From: Octopus sinensis
Lineage: Eukaryota
DNA: 64,000 nt
Assembly: GCF_006345805.1 (NCBI RefSeq)
Contig: NC_043021.1
Location: 20,770,001-20,834,000, forward strand
Reading direction: 5' to 3'
Shown: one piece after another, positions 11,701 through 24,795 of the stretch
Layout: each line of letters begins with the position of its first letter
Numbering within the stretch: position 1 is the first letter of the stretch
Program-made: the position numbers and the translations under genes
The notes under the pieces: model-generated
Database searches by the model: none
Told to the model about the DNA's origin: nothing
The model's input: the letters and a program-made list of their open reading frames with translations, nothing else

Positions 11701-13494
11701 AGACACAGGCCAAGCCATACGGACCAAGTCTAGATACACATACACAGGCTGACAAGTATTTACTTTCATTTTCGGTTGCTGCCGTTCGGTTTTTCCTTCT
11801 TACTCACCGCTTTACATTTACACAATGAATTTCATACACACACACACACACACACTCCCATTGACTTTTATGTCTATGAGTTGAATAGTGAAACACACTG
11901 TATGTGTGTGTGTGTGTGTGTGTGAATACAAATATATTAAGTGGAACACGCTCGCACGTGTACCTGCTATCTTCCATGTATACGTACATCAGTGGTTTTC
12001 AACCAGGGTTCCGCCAGTACAGTCCAGGGGTTGCGCAAGAAGTTACAAAAATGCTAAAATCGACAGTAATTTTTAATTCTCCTGTGCAGATATGTGTGCA
12101 TATAAGACAATTAAATTGTTGCACAGGGGTTCCTCGAGCCAGTGGAACGTTTCCTTGTGGTTCCGCTCCAGCAAAAAGGTTGAAAAGCACTGCTCTATAC
12201 ATACATAAATACATCGTGCGAGTGTTTCACTATTCATGAAAGTCAATGGGTCCATGTGTGTCTGTCTTTATGACTGTGTTTGTTTCAACCCGACCGCTTG
12301 ACAACCCATTTTCTTTACTACCCCCACAAGGGAGGCTAAACACAGAGGAGACAAAGAAGGACAGGCGGATTAAGTCGATTATATCGACCCAGTGCGTGAC
12401 CGGTACTTAATTTATCGCTGGCAGAACCGTTAGCACGCCGGGCAAAATACTTAGCGTAATTTCGTCTGTCTACATGTTTTGAGTTCAAATTCTGCCGAGG
12501 TCGACTTTGCCTTTCATCCTTTCGGGGTCGATAATTAAGTACCAGTTACGCACTGGGGTCGATGTAATCGACTCGATCTGTTGGTCTGTCTTTGTTTGTT
12601 CCCTCTATGTTTAGCCCCTTGTGGGTAAATAAAGAAATAGGTACTTAATTTATCCACATCGAAAAGATGAAAGGGAAAGTCAACCTCGGCATCATCACCT
12701 CATTTTACATGTCTCTGTAAATTTTGGAGTCAATCCGACGGGATCTAGTGGCCTTTAACCCGTTCTCAATGCCAAAACCAGACGGAAAAACAAACAAACA
12801 AATCTTTCGCATTTCAGTTATATAAATAGAGAAGATATTTATATATATATATATATATATAGGGAGAGTTTACGAAAAAAAACAAAAGACGAAGACAGGT
12901 GGTGTACAAAACAAACAGATGTATTAGTATAACGCTCAGGAATAGGAAAAGTATTTTACGTTTCGAGCCTACGCTCTTCTACAGAAAGAGACACAGAAAA
13001 AAACAAGGAGAGAAAAAAATGTGTGTAGTGGCTAACGATCAATCATGGCGGAAACCACAAATTAACCAACACATCGATTGGACCACATTTATCGCTTATT
13101 TTTTAAAACAAAGCACGACATGAGAAAATAGGTGAATATCTTAACGTATCTTACGCTGTTTCTGATCGGATTGCCTAAATGCTGTCTATAAATAAACGCG
13201 AGAATAAAGTTCATCTTCATAGCGAATTCGAATTAAGGCTGTGGTGTGTGCGAGAGATTCGAAATAAAGGAACCTACCTTCTCTTCGATCTGATGGAGAC
13301 CCTTCAGTGGTAACAGATCCTTTGACACAGCCCGACCCGAACGCTAGAGACAGCAGCTGCTTCGCCCAAACTTAGCAACGTGTTCACCCGTTTGTCAGCA
13401 AAAGCGGGATTAGGACATACGTTACAGCTCGGAATTGTATGTCTTTCTTCCAGTGACTGAGTTGCTCCATTACTCATGGTCCCCAGGAAATCCC

Positions 13495-15295
13495 TATCTG
13501 ACACCAGTTGTCCGATATAGGTTATCAGTCCCCTTAGTTCCTCACAATGTACGAAGGCGTGCGTGACAGTTTCACTGACACGCCCGCACCTCGGGCATGT
13601 GGGTGGGGTACCACCGCCATGCCTTGACAACCTCCCTCGAACTGACAAGGCTGATCGGTAGCACAACTAGGCCAAGGATGTCTGGAAGTTGTCCAGATAC
13701 CTCGGCCCGAATGTCCTTCCGAACAGGTTGACAAGCTGTTCCTCTTCGAAGCCTACTCTCCCCCAGGATGTCGTCGGACATATGCTCTACCAACCCGTAG
13801 TGGTAGCCCCGCTGCCGGTATTGCTTGTTCGGGAGAACAGAGCGAGTGCATGTCTGCACTCCCTCTTCCATTCGCTCATTTTTGTTCTCCGCGTGATCCA
13901 TGCGCCCACGTCCCGAGGGAACGTCAATTGTGGAAGGAAGAACTTGACATGCGGTGACTACACCCGTTCACCATCCAGTAGAGCCAGTTTTCTCAACCTC
14001 AGCATCATCAGCCAAGGCATCCCTAACCCACCCTTTAACGGTTTCTGGCAGCACATGAGGCGCCTCACAAGTGGTGGTTTCCCATTCCACAAAAAGCGGA
14101 AAAGGATCCATTCCAGCTTGGTCAGCCACTCTCCAGGGCAAGGCACATCGGTTAGGCAGTTGGTTATAACCGATGCTATAAACACCTGTGCAACCTCGAC
14201 CCTCCCTAGCAAGGATAGCAACCTCCCAGATCAAGTCTGGGTTATGGCCGTCACCTTGCCTGTGACCTCGCTCCAGTTTTTCTCCATCTGGAGATCTGGT
14301 CCAAACCAGACTCCAAGCAATTTAACCGGGCCCTCCGTCCAACGTCCCACGAAGCTGTTTGGAGACATCGACTTGCCCCTACGGGTGCCGAGTTGCAAGC
14401 CGACTGATACTTCCTAGTTAATTTTTGCTCCTGCCACCTCTTCGTATCTTTTGATGGCCTCTTCTACACGAGGTAGCTGCCCTTCATCAGACACGATGAT
14501 GGTGACATCATCCGCATATGCCGTCACTCTCCTACCGTAACATAGATCACGCGGATCTCCCCGCGTGGCCTCCAATTTCCGCAGCAGTGGCTCAAGTGCC
14601 AATACATACAGAAGCGGAGGCAGGCCTGGCGAATTGAACGTTCGATCACGAACGGCTTCGAGAAGGAACCGTTTACCCGGACGATTGAATCGATGTCGCT
14701 ATACATAGCATTGAACCATCTACGAACAGTCGAGTCCAGTCCAACCGCCCTGAGGACTGCTCCCAGATACCGATGGTCAACCCTATCGAATGCCTTAGAC
14801 TGGTCTAAATTCACCAGCGCCCTACATTTGCCAGAAATTTTACCCACCCGCTCTATAGTGTCGTGTATGAGGTGAAGGTTGTCGTGTATTGTCCTGCCTG
14901 GGATGGCACATGTCTGTGCTTCTCCCACCAGGTCGCCCACTACAAGTCTCAATCTCTTGGCTAACAATTGGCCAAAATCTTTAACTCTGTGTTTAGCAGA
15001 ATTATGGGCCTAAAGTTATTAATGTCATTCCCCTTGCTCGGGTCCTTCCTGATCAGTGTCACTACTCCCCGGCTCACATATTTAGGGATTCTCCTGTTCT
15101 GCTACCAGTTCGCATATACACCGGCCAGTATGTTCCCGAACAAGTTTGGCATACTCTTATAAAATTCGTAAGGAAGACCATCCAGTCCGGGCGACTTGTC
15201 CCCGGGGCACTCAGAAAGCACCTCTATGACCTCCACAAATGTGATCGGCCTTTCATAGCGCTCCGCCTTACATGCCGAGAGACACGGGCCGCCGG
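13495..15295 (-). mobile_element. L1/Tx1-clade LINE ORF2 fragment, copy 2
   Basis: Tandem-unit duplicate of 4279-6078. ORFs 14524..14967, 14414..14602 and 13958..14221 carry the RT motifs. Confidence 0.9.
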
Positions 15296-16563
15296 CCAGG
15301 AAATCCCGATTGCATCTTTTCCAGTGGGTTTCTGGTGCTGGGATCGATAGCTTACGGTCTCGACATCTCCCTGTCAGCCGGTGATGTTGGTCTTGAGCTC
15401 TTGGAGAACCTATCGCAGTTTATAAACTTGTTCTCGTGCGAGTGTGTTCTTCCCTACATTCGTCCCCTGTTCTTTGGTGCCAACTATTTGCTCTTACCAA
15501 GCCCAATGGTGACTTCCGCCCTATAGCAATTGGTGGTACTCTGCGACAGTGTGTCTGTCTTCAATTTCTAAATGCCTGTCAGCCAAATTTTCTCCTACCC
15601 AGCTACGGGTGGGTACTAAGCTAGACTATGAGGCTGAAGCCCATGCCACTAGAGCTTTCACTAACTTGCCTTCTGAGTCCCCAAAGGTCATCCTTAAACT
15701 AGACTTCAAAAACGCCTTCAATTCCATCAGTTGGGATGTCATCTTCCGTGTAGTAAGGGAGACTGCTCAAAACCTCTATCACTTTGCTTGGCAAGCTTAT
15801 CGGGAGCCCTCCAACCTCGCCTTTGTGACCACCTCATTCCACCTGTCTTGAAGTCCAACAGGATGACCCACTTGAACCATATTTATTATTATTGTCTTTT
15901 TTTATCATCAAACTAGCAGTATCGCCCGGCGTTGCTCGGGTTGTAAGGGAAATAACTATATAAGCATTTTTAGAGAGTTATAACAAAAAAAATGCATTAA
16001 AAATGGAAAAAATGATGGTGAATTTTTTTTTAATCGTTGACTCATCGTAGACATTTTTAGAGAGTTATTTCCCTTATATATTAGCGAAAAAATGCATTAA
16101 AATGGAAAAAATGATGGTAAATTTTTTTTTAATCGTAGACTCATCGTAGACGCGCGCTAATACCCAGAAGGGCTCGATATGAATCACGACTATAAGATAC
16201 CCGGTTTTGGTTAAACTGCACCGCAAAATGTGGGAGTAGTTAGGAATATAAATCGTGGGAGACAGACACACAACCTCTCTTTTATATATAAAGATATTGA
16301 TCTGTCAATGCTGGATTAGTGAATACAGGGGTGGGTGGGCAAATGTAGACATACAGTTGTTTGACCCTTCAGTATTCAGATTATTCTATCAAATGTAATA
16401 TTTTCTTTTATTCATGTCGTTTTGATGTTATCCTGAAATTAACAGGATGACCCACCCACTTGGACCTTCTCTATTTGCCCTGGCTATTGACGATGTTATC
16501 AAGATGGGAGCTGACCTAGACTTGAATGTCTGGTATCTTGACAATGCCTGTTTGGGGGCTCCT
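15296..16563 (+). mobile_element. CRE/SLACS-like RT fragment, copy 2
   Basis: Duplicate of 6079-7350 (ORFs 15272..15526 and 15549..15851; continuation at 16441-16563). Confidence 0.75.
15913..16294 (-). mobile_element. Non-autonomous Helitron, complete (unit copy 2)
   Basis: Duplicate of 6699-7080. Confidence 0.8.
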
Positions 16564-17581
16564 GCATTGATATTTTTTTCTTTCTCCTTTTAGTTTTTGT
16601 AATACATTCCTTTTCATTGAATTATTTTAAATGATATCAGTTTATATAAGAAAATCAGAGACGGAAAATGGGATTTCACGAGAGTCTCTTCTCATATACA
16701 TTTTTACGTATCTTTTTATAGTTTTTATAAACTTCTTTGAGAGGAAGTGTGTCTTTTCTATCAGTTCCTTAAGGGGACACTAGAATATTGCAACAACTAA
16801 GCAAAACGATGACTAAAAAACGAGGTACTTATTCAAGAAGTCACCTAAGGGGACAGACACACATCTACACCTGTGATGTAAGACAATTGACTGTACAGTA
16901 TCTCGCCTGCAAGGTACAGGGATATATATGTATAATATATGTGTGTATGTATATACATATACTACGTAATATATGTGTATGTATATATATACACACATAG
17001 GCACATAAGCATTATTTATAGAAACATATTTCTGCATTGTTCTTTCGTCTCTTTTCATGGTACGGCTGCATTAACGAACTCCTATCTCACATGTCTGTTC
17101 CGTGAAAAGAAAGGAAAAACCGAAAACTATAAATAGAACGAATTTACTTTCACTTTAATTTCCACGAAAAGCATAATCGCGCGCGCACTTCTGTATTTAT
17201 TACCCTGGCTATTTCAGATGACGCATTCGCTTCCTACACCTCAAGTCGTCGCTTGCTAAACGCACTCGCAACTGAATTATTACATTCACACATCTCAACA
17301 AGCCTTCACTTCTACAATATTATATTTCAATCAATCACTTCGGATACTATGGAATATTAATTAAGACTTCTACACACTACGTTAATCGAATTCTATGCAT
17401 TAAGTATCGGCAATTTTCCTTGATTACGAACGATCCTTTCGATGTCATTTCTCGACTGAATTTAGAAATCCTGGAAATATACATACTGTGAGTAAACTTT
17501 CCTCTCTTGAATTATTTTCAATAGCATCTACGGTATTTCTTTCCACCTGGTACGAAGACTATATATACACTCACAAACACA

Positions 17582-17989
17582 ATGAGCCTTAGACTCAGTC
17601 CAAGCGACATCCGCTATACTCAATTCAATTGCCTGTAAGTTCCGTAACGGGACAACATTGACAAAAACCATTTCAGATTTAGTCAAAGGTACAATCACGC
17701 CTGACAGCATTCCTGTAATTTCGGTTTACCTAAAGGATGGGAATACTACAGCACTGACAATAGGAGGCTATACGTTTTCAAAGAGCTGCAAAGTCGGAGT
17801 CAACCAGACTTGAAGATAAGGGTTTACGTTACGTCGGCGGCACTATCACAATCGAAGTTCACGACGCTTAACGATGGCCAAAGTATAACAGTCCGAAGTG
17901 GATCAATAGCCTGGTTAAGCATGGATTTTGATGGCTTATACATGGATTTTGATGACTCAAGCACGGATTCTGATGACTTCTTCTTGTAG
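17582..17989 (+). CDS. ParB/sulfiredoxin-fold-like small protein, copy 2 (2-bp and 1-bp deletions relative to copy 1)
   Basis: Near-identical to 8371-8792. It lacks 2 nt at ~17620 and an a at ~17742 but is intact where copy 1 is broken. The consensus of the two copies is an open 136-aa frame ending DSSTDSDDFFL*. Confidence 0.65.
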
Positions 17990-19386
17990 AATTATGAATT
18001 TAAAAAAAATATTCCATTGCTAAAAGAAAGAAAAACCAACAAAATCCAAAAAGCACGTTGCCGAATTTTACTGTTCCGAAACAATCTATAAACTTCAAAT
18101 TTACCCTCATGTCACCGACAGCATCTCTTCATTTAGAGAAGTGTCAAAAATCCAAAGTCTCTTGTATTTTATTTCAATAACCAACTCGCAAACCAAGTTA
18201 TAATAATTGCCATTATGCAAGGAACAAAACAAAACAAAACAAAAAACAATCTTTGCACGGAAAAAGTTAATTTGGGCGGTGTTTGGTTTCCGTAAGTAGT
18301 TTTAGTAAATCTTTACTCCCTACTTTTAAAAACTGTAAATCTAAAAATGGCCGAAAGCGAAAACGTTGCCGAACGAGTGTGGGACAAAAATAAATAAATT
18401 AAATAAAAAATTTAACCTTTGAAGGTATTTTTTTAATATGCTGGCCATTGATAAAATTTCTTTTCGTAAAAAATTTCATCCTATATTAGATGTATATATA
18501 TATATTGTTAGCCACTACACACATTTTTTTCTCTCCTTGTTTTTTCTGTGTACCTTTCTGTAGAAGAGCGTAGGCTCGAAACGTAAAAGACATTTTCTAT
18601 TTAACGGACTCTTCGTTTGCCGAACGACATGCACGAATGATTTGTTTATTGTTATCAAATGTTCGTGCCGCATATGAGCTCCCCCTCTTCAAATTGACTT
18701 TATCTGAACAGGCACACGGTGTGCCACGCATCAAGTGTTGAAGTGATCGTCGAACATCGCGAGATAAAAGTGATTCAAGACCAAAATCGAAAATTCGAAA
18801 TCTGAAGAACTTTCCATTATGAACTAATTACATAATCTCTGCTCTATTCTTCTGTCGGGTTGCTAACTCGAGTTTCCGTTGTCAACAAATATTCACATTC
18901 TCTGTGTAATATTTAATTTCTTTAATAGGGCGAATGACGTCCTGTCCTGATTCCAACGCTATACCAATATCGAGGGGTCGCCAACCGTCCTCCCCGGCTG
19001 AAACTTAAAAAAAAAAATGGAGCGGGTACGGAGAGGTTGAATAAAAGTTTGGGCGTAACTTCGGTATAGGTACCGGAAGTACCAGATACATTTCAAGAAA
19101 GTGTTGTTTTTTTTTATAAATATGGGATGTTAGGAGAAAAGGGTTTCTGTTATCTCCAGAAATGTAAACAAAGCCACTTCCGGTACCTATACCGAAGGAT
19201 CGCCAAAGTTTGAAACTATCTTAACCATATCTGTTTTTTCTTTTTGTATTTTTGATAGATTGTAAAAAAAAACAGGAAAAAAAATGTTACTCAAAAACCC
19301 AAAGTAATCTTGGGTAAATAAAAATTTGAAAAGAAGAAAAAAAGGTGGCATTCTTTTGTTTTTGTTTTCTTTTCTATCGCAAAGTC

Positions 19387-19536
19387 AACAGACGCGCGCT
19401 AATACCCAGACGGTCTCGATATGAATCACGACTATAAGATACCCGGTTTTGGTTAAACTGCACCGCAAAATGTGGGAGTAGTTAGGAATCTAAATCGTAG
19501 GAGACAGACACACAACCTCACTTTTATATATAAAGA
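19387..19536 (-). mobile_element. Helitron 5'-end segment at the right boundary of the tandem array
   Basis: gacgcgcgctaatacccag...cacaacctcacttttatatataaaga matches the 5' 150 bp of the 6699-7080 and 27093-27490 family. Confidence 0.75.
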
Positions 19537-19702
19537 TTTCCTCTATTTACATAATATTGAGGTCTCTTTCTTTCTTTTGTTATCTTACTGTTTTTACCAA
19601 TATACATATATATATATATATATACAAATATATATATAGTTACAGAGATGTACTTGCATAGCAAGTGACTTGATCTGAGATCGTGTGCTGGAACGAAAAC
19701 AG

Positions 19703-19957
19703 TTGCAGCGTTGAAGGTGTTTATAAGCCATTTAAACACACAAAAACCGTTACATTCACTTCAACATTTAAATTTAATTTGTCAAAATATTTTCATCGCT
19801 TTGAGACCGCGACCTGTTAGCACGATATTTTTGTCAGTGAACAGGTCGCGGTCTGAAAGCGACGAAAATATTTTGGCAAATTAAATTTAAATGTTGAAGT
19901 GAATGTAACGGTTTTGTGTGTTTCTTAAATGGCTTACAAACACCTTCCACGCTGCAA
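19703..19957. repeat. Long near-perfect inverted repeat (~115-bp arms, 21-nt loop)
   Basis: ttgcagcgttgaaggtgtttataagccattt...gaccgcgacctgtt versus aacaggtcgcggtc...aaatggcttacaaacaccttccacgctgcaa. Confidence 0.9.
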
Positions 19958-20308
19958 TATATATATACACACATATATATATATGTATGTATGTATGTAT
20001 GTGTGTATATGTGTATGCATGTGTGTGTGTGCGTGTCTGTGCTTGTGATTGTCCTCCACCACTGCTTGACAACGAATGTTGGTTTGTTTACATCCCTGTC
20101 ACCTAGTGGTTTGACAAAGGAAACAGATAGAATAAGTACAATGCTTACAAAAATAAAAGTGGAGTTGATTCATTAAACTACAATTCTTCAAGGCATGCCC
20201 CAGCATGGCCACAGACCAATGGCTGAAAAAGCAGAAGAATAAAAGAATACATTCTCTGCTTTGGTCAAGGCATGAGAAAGCTTGAGTTTACATGAGAAGG
20301 CCTAACAG

Positions 20309-20680
20309 ACCTGGTAGAAACAGCAGCCAAATCTCCCTCAAATCACACCTTACTGTCTTATGTATGTATATATATATATGAGCCAATGAGGGGGACCTCT
20401 ACATGGTAGCTAGACCTGGTAGAAATAGCAGCCAAATTTCCCCCAAATCACACCTTACTGTCTTATCTATGTATATATGTATGTATGAGCCTATGAGGGA
20501 GACCCCTACATGGCAGCTAGACCTGGTAGAAATAGCAGCCAAATTTCCCCAAAATCACACCTTACTGTCTTATCTATGTATATATGTATGTATGAGCCTA
20601 TGAGGGAGACCCCTACATGGCAGCTAGACATGGTAGAAATAGCAGCCAAATCTCCCTCAAATCACACCTTCCTGTCTTAT
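20309..20680. repeat. Tandem repeat, ~107-bp unit, ~3.5 copies
   Basis: gacctggtagaaatagcagccaaat... recurs at ~20309, 20413, 20520 and 20627. Confidence 0.9.
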
Positions 20681-22116
20681 CTTTCTGCTACTTGGATATA
20701 GGTGTTATATTCGTCGTAAAAAACTTTCCTATCACACACTCACGCACACACACACGCGCACCCTCACACACACACACACACGCGCACACCACACACACCC
20801 ACTCACACACACGCACGTTAGCTTACAATTTTATTTATATATTTGCGTGTGTATGTGTGGAAACAGGAAGTGGGAAGCAGAGTGAAAGAATCACTCACTA
20901 CAGTAAGTCAATTACTTTCATTTTATTCGTTGCCCACTGTGTGTGTGCGTTTGCGTGTGCTGTAAACCAGACTAAGAAAAGCATTTGACACACACACCAG
21001 AATGTGAGTTTTCTGTAAATTTTGCTTAATTGGAGTTTAAATTTTAAAAACTGGACCTGGCATGACGCGATGCATTGTACTCTTAAAACTGCTAGGTAAA
21101 TTGTAATTGAAGAAATCCTATATTGTAGATTTGTATAACTCCCAAAGGGAGGCAGATAAAATCTGCCTTTTATAATAAGAGATATATAAATTAATATATA
21201 TTTTATATTTTATAATTTAGCGTACTTGGAATCATAACAAACTTACGATAAATCTAACAACCGTATGTTTACTTTGCAACAAACCGGTGTTATAAATTTT
21301 AAGTTACCCAATGAAATAATTATCTGACTTAGTAACATACTGATATTTAAAAATATATTTATATCTAAATTAAATATTTTATGAAATGCATGTGTGGTTC
21401 TTTTTCGTTTTTTGAGGCATAGTTATAATTTTGAAGGACTAAATTGTAGCATAGTTGCTTCCCTTTTTGTTTATCTATGTGCTAGTTGTTGCTTGTGATT
21501 ATGTATGTGTATAAGTGTATGTATATACATATAACTATGTGTGTATGTGCGATTGATCTGTAGATGCGTGTGTGAATATTGGCGTTCCTTGACTAACCAA
21601 CCGTATAATTTTCTTTTGTGATTTAAATTTCAAACCAATAGCCAATCGAATTAATCTAAATTATCATTACCTAGTGGTCAGCATTTCTAAACTCATAGTT
21701 ATTTCGATCTTGAAAGGATGGACTTGGTGCAAACATAACTGTATCTATTATTATTATTATTATTATTATTAATATTAATAGTAATTTTTATTAACTTTTA
21801 TAGCTTTAGAATTTTATGAACTAAACCATGGTTTTAATTATTATTTTTCATCTCCCTATGCGTTAGTTTTTTTTTTTTTTAAACTATTAGCCAAATATGT
21901 ATAATATCGGTGCTTATTAATATTAATATATACACTGATATATATTTTGTTTTATTTTGTTCTGTTTACCTTCCATTATTGTACCAATGAGTATTATATT
22001 ATATAAGTGTAGCATTATGATGTATAAGTTTTTATATTTTACATTTTTATATTTTTATATTTATATGTATATGGTTATATAATATTTTTCACAATTATAA
22101 CAAATTTAATTTAATT

Positions 22117-22224
22117 CTCTGAAGAGGCCGTGGGGCATCCTTGTTAATGCCTCATTTATACCTGCCTTTATGGCTTATAGGTTAAATGAGGTATGACTGC
22201 CCTCACTGCCGAAACAGCTGTCAG
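22117..22224 (+). ncRNA. Type I hammerhead ribozyme with extended stem II
   Basis: CUGAAGA (22119-22125), long base-paired stem II (22126-22210), GAAAC, palindromic stem III acagctgt, GUC cleavage triplet (22220-22222). Stem I is weak. Confidence 0.7.
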
Positions 22225-22409
22225 TTTTGATTTAATTACATATTATATTTGAAATTTTTTACTTATATCTCTTTGTCTTTTTACTTTTACTATTACTGTA
22301 TATTTTGAATGCCTTTACTCATATGTAATGGTGTATTAAAGTATTGATTGGGTATCATCGGATAGTTGATGTTTTATTGATTTAAGCATGTTTCTCCATT
22401 CTCTAATTT

Positions 22410-22444
<35 letters not shown>

Positions 22445-22456
<12 letters not shown>

Positions 22457-22980
22457 ATTTTTTTTTTAAATATCTGTTACGATATTGAAGAATACGATTT
22501 TGTCCCAAAACCACGCTTTCAAAGTTTTAATTTCTTCCACCCCAATTTCTTAATTATTAACTTTTTTTTTCGAATTCTTTTCAATCCATGTAGAAAAACA
22601 GAGATTACGAATCTGGGATTAAAAAAAAAAATTGAATCCCCACCCATCACCTCCCCGCTTTCAAAAAGCTCAAAATTCCCTTGATGTTTCACACATTCAA
22701 AAATATCAGACCATTACCAGAAAATCCGACATGCTAGAAACAGCAGCTAAACGACATTATTTCTGGAAAAACTTCCTCACTTTCTAAAAAGTTAAAAGTG
22801 AAACATTGGGAGTTTTTAGCCTTTTGAAAGTGGGGAGTTGATGGATATTTGAAGTTGGACAAGGAATTTGAGTGTTTCTTTCAAGAAAATTTTTAAAAAA
22901 ATTCTCAAAGATTCGTAATCTCTCTATATGTCTACGTGGATTACAAGAAAGAGAAAAAAATCCAGCGATTAACTCCTCGA
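22445..22980 (+). repeat. Diverged paralog of tandem-unit positions ~1045-1600
   Basis: Shared sequence from caaaattttttttttaaatatctg to gattaactcctcgatt; the ORF at 22872 resembles the ORF at 1489. Confidence 0.85.
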
Positions 22981-24264
22981 TTCGGGGTCGATTAAATAAG
23001 TACCAGTTACGCACTGGGGTCGATATAATCGACTTGATCCATTTGTCTGTCCTTGTTTGTCCTGTCTGTGTTTAGCCCCTTGTGGGTAGTAAAAAAATAG
23101 GTATCAGGGCGCGTATAAGTCTTGAAAAAGTTACAAAAATCGATTCCAGGTGAGAACGTGATCGATAAAACCGTTTTTGTCTTGCTTTTCTTCCGTCAAC
23201 CTGTACATAACTGCACCTTCCATTTTTTATTGTTTTTGTACTGCTTAAAGGAACGTTTCTTTCCGGCCAAGCTTACTGTTACTTACTGTTACTGGTACTT
23301 TAAACTCTTCGGTTGCATATTTGTGTGAATAAAATCGTTTTTCTTTGGAATAGAAAAAAGTCTATCTTTATTTCTTCTTTTGCTGGTGTCTCAAATGTAG
23401 GTTAAACCTTTTGTTACCCACCTGGCTGAAACCGCCTCTGGCTCTGCAGTACAAATGTCTTGTTTTCATAAGTTTTTAATTAAAATCCTCCACCAAACCT
23501 TAGTCACAATTTATGTTCCTGACACTAGCTGAATGATGACTAAGTTATGTTACTAAATTCTTTGTTATATTTAAAATAATTGAAAGAAACACAGAGCATC
23601 TCAACAGAAATACAGTAACGAAAGAGTTAAATAAATGTTTCTCAAAGGGAGGGGGGGGCTATGGGACGGTCGGACAAGTTGTTTTGAGAAAATTTGGTTT
23701 AAATGTTTGACAACTCAGCACCATCCATTGGATGGGGGGGGGGTTGCTTGTAAATACATATGTATACATCTTTTTTTGTATGAATGTTTGCGTCCTGTGT
23801 GTGTGTGTGTGAGACAGAGAGAGAGAGAAAGAGAGAATGAGTGAGTGAAGGTATGTGTTCTCATGGATGTCTAAGTGACACTCACTCTCTTTCACACATG
23901 GAAAAAAATGCATGCATATGTATTTATGTATGTGCACGTGTGTTTGTGTGCATGTGTGACTGACTACAAAAATACGGGGCTGAACACGGCGCGGCGCGCA
24001 GCAGGTAAGGTCGAACCCCACCCACTTACACAAATTCTTTTACTTGATTCAGTTGGTTGACTGCGGCCGTGCTGGAGCACCGCCTTTAGTCGAGCAAATC
24101 GACCCAAGGACTTTATTCTTTGTAAGCCTTAGTACTTATTCTATCGATCTCTCTTTTGCCGAAACCGCTAAGTTACGGGGGCGCAAAAACTCACCAGCAT
24201 CGGTTGTCAAGCGATGTTGGGGGACGGGGACAAACGGACACACACACACACACATATATATACA

Positions 24265-24795
24265 CATACATATATACGACGGGCTTCTTTTAGTTTCCAT
24301 CTACCAAATCCACTCACAAAGTCTTTGGTCAGCCCGAGGCTATAGTAGAAGACACTTGCCCAAGATGCCACGCAGTGGGACTGAACCCAGAACCATGTGG
24401 TTGGTAAGCAAGCTACTTACCACACAGCCATTCCTGATGCAAAAAAAAATACACACATGACAACACTCACTCTCTCTCTCTCTCACACCTCCAATTCATA
24501 TACATCTTTCACTTTCTGCTCTCACTCCAAGGCAAATGCCGCTGTATATATCGTGCACACAGACACAGGCCAAGCGATACGGACCAAGTCTAGATACACA
24601 TACACAGGCTGACAAGTATTTACTTTCATTTTCGGTTGCTGCCGTTTGGTTTTTCCTGCTTACTCACCGCTTTACATTTACACAATGAATTTCATACACA
24701 CACACACACACACTCCATTGACTTCTATGTCTATGAGTTGAATAGTGAAACACACTGTATGTGTGTGTGTGTGTGTGTGTGAATACAAATATATG
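24265..24795 (+). repeat. Diverged paralog of tandem-unit positions ~2200-2730
   Basis: Shared SINE-head junction plus unique-looking sequence gatgcaaaaaaaatacacacatgacaacactcac...gaatacaaatatat. Confidence 0.85.

Larger units (their letters stand above)
1..19386. repeat. Tandem segmental array, unit ~9.21 kb, ~2.1 copies in the window (probably continues left of base 1)
   Basis: Base 1 aligns to ~9219 and ~18426. The same ORFs recur at ~9.2-kb offset (174/9390, 4088/13304, 2787/11999). Similarity stops at ...ctatcgcaaagtc (~19386). Copies differ by few substitutions and many 1-bp indels. Confidence 0.97.
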
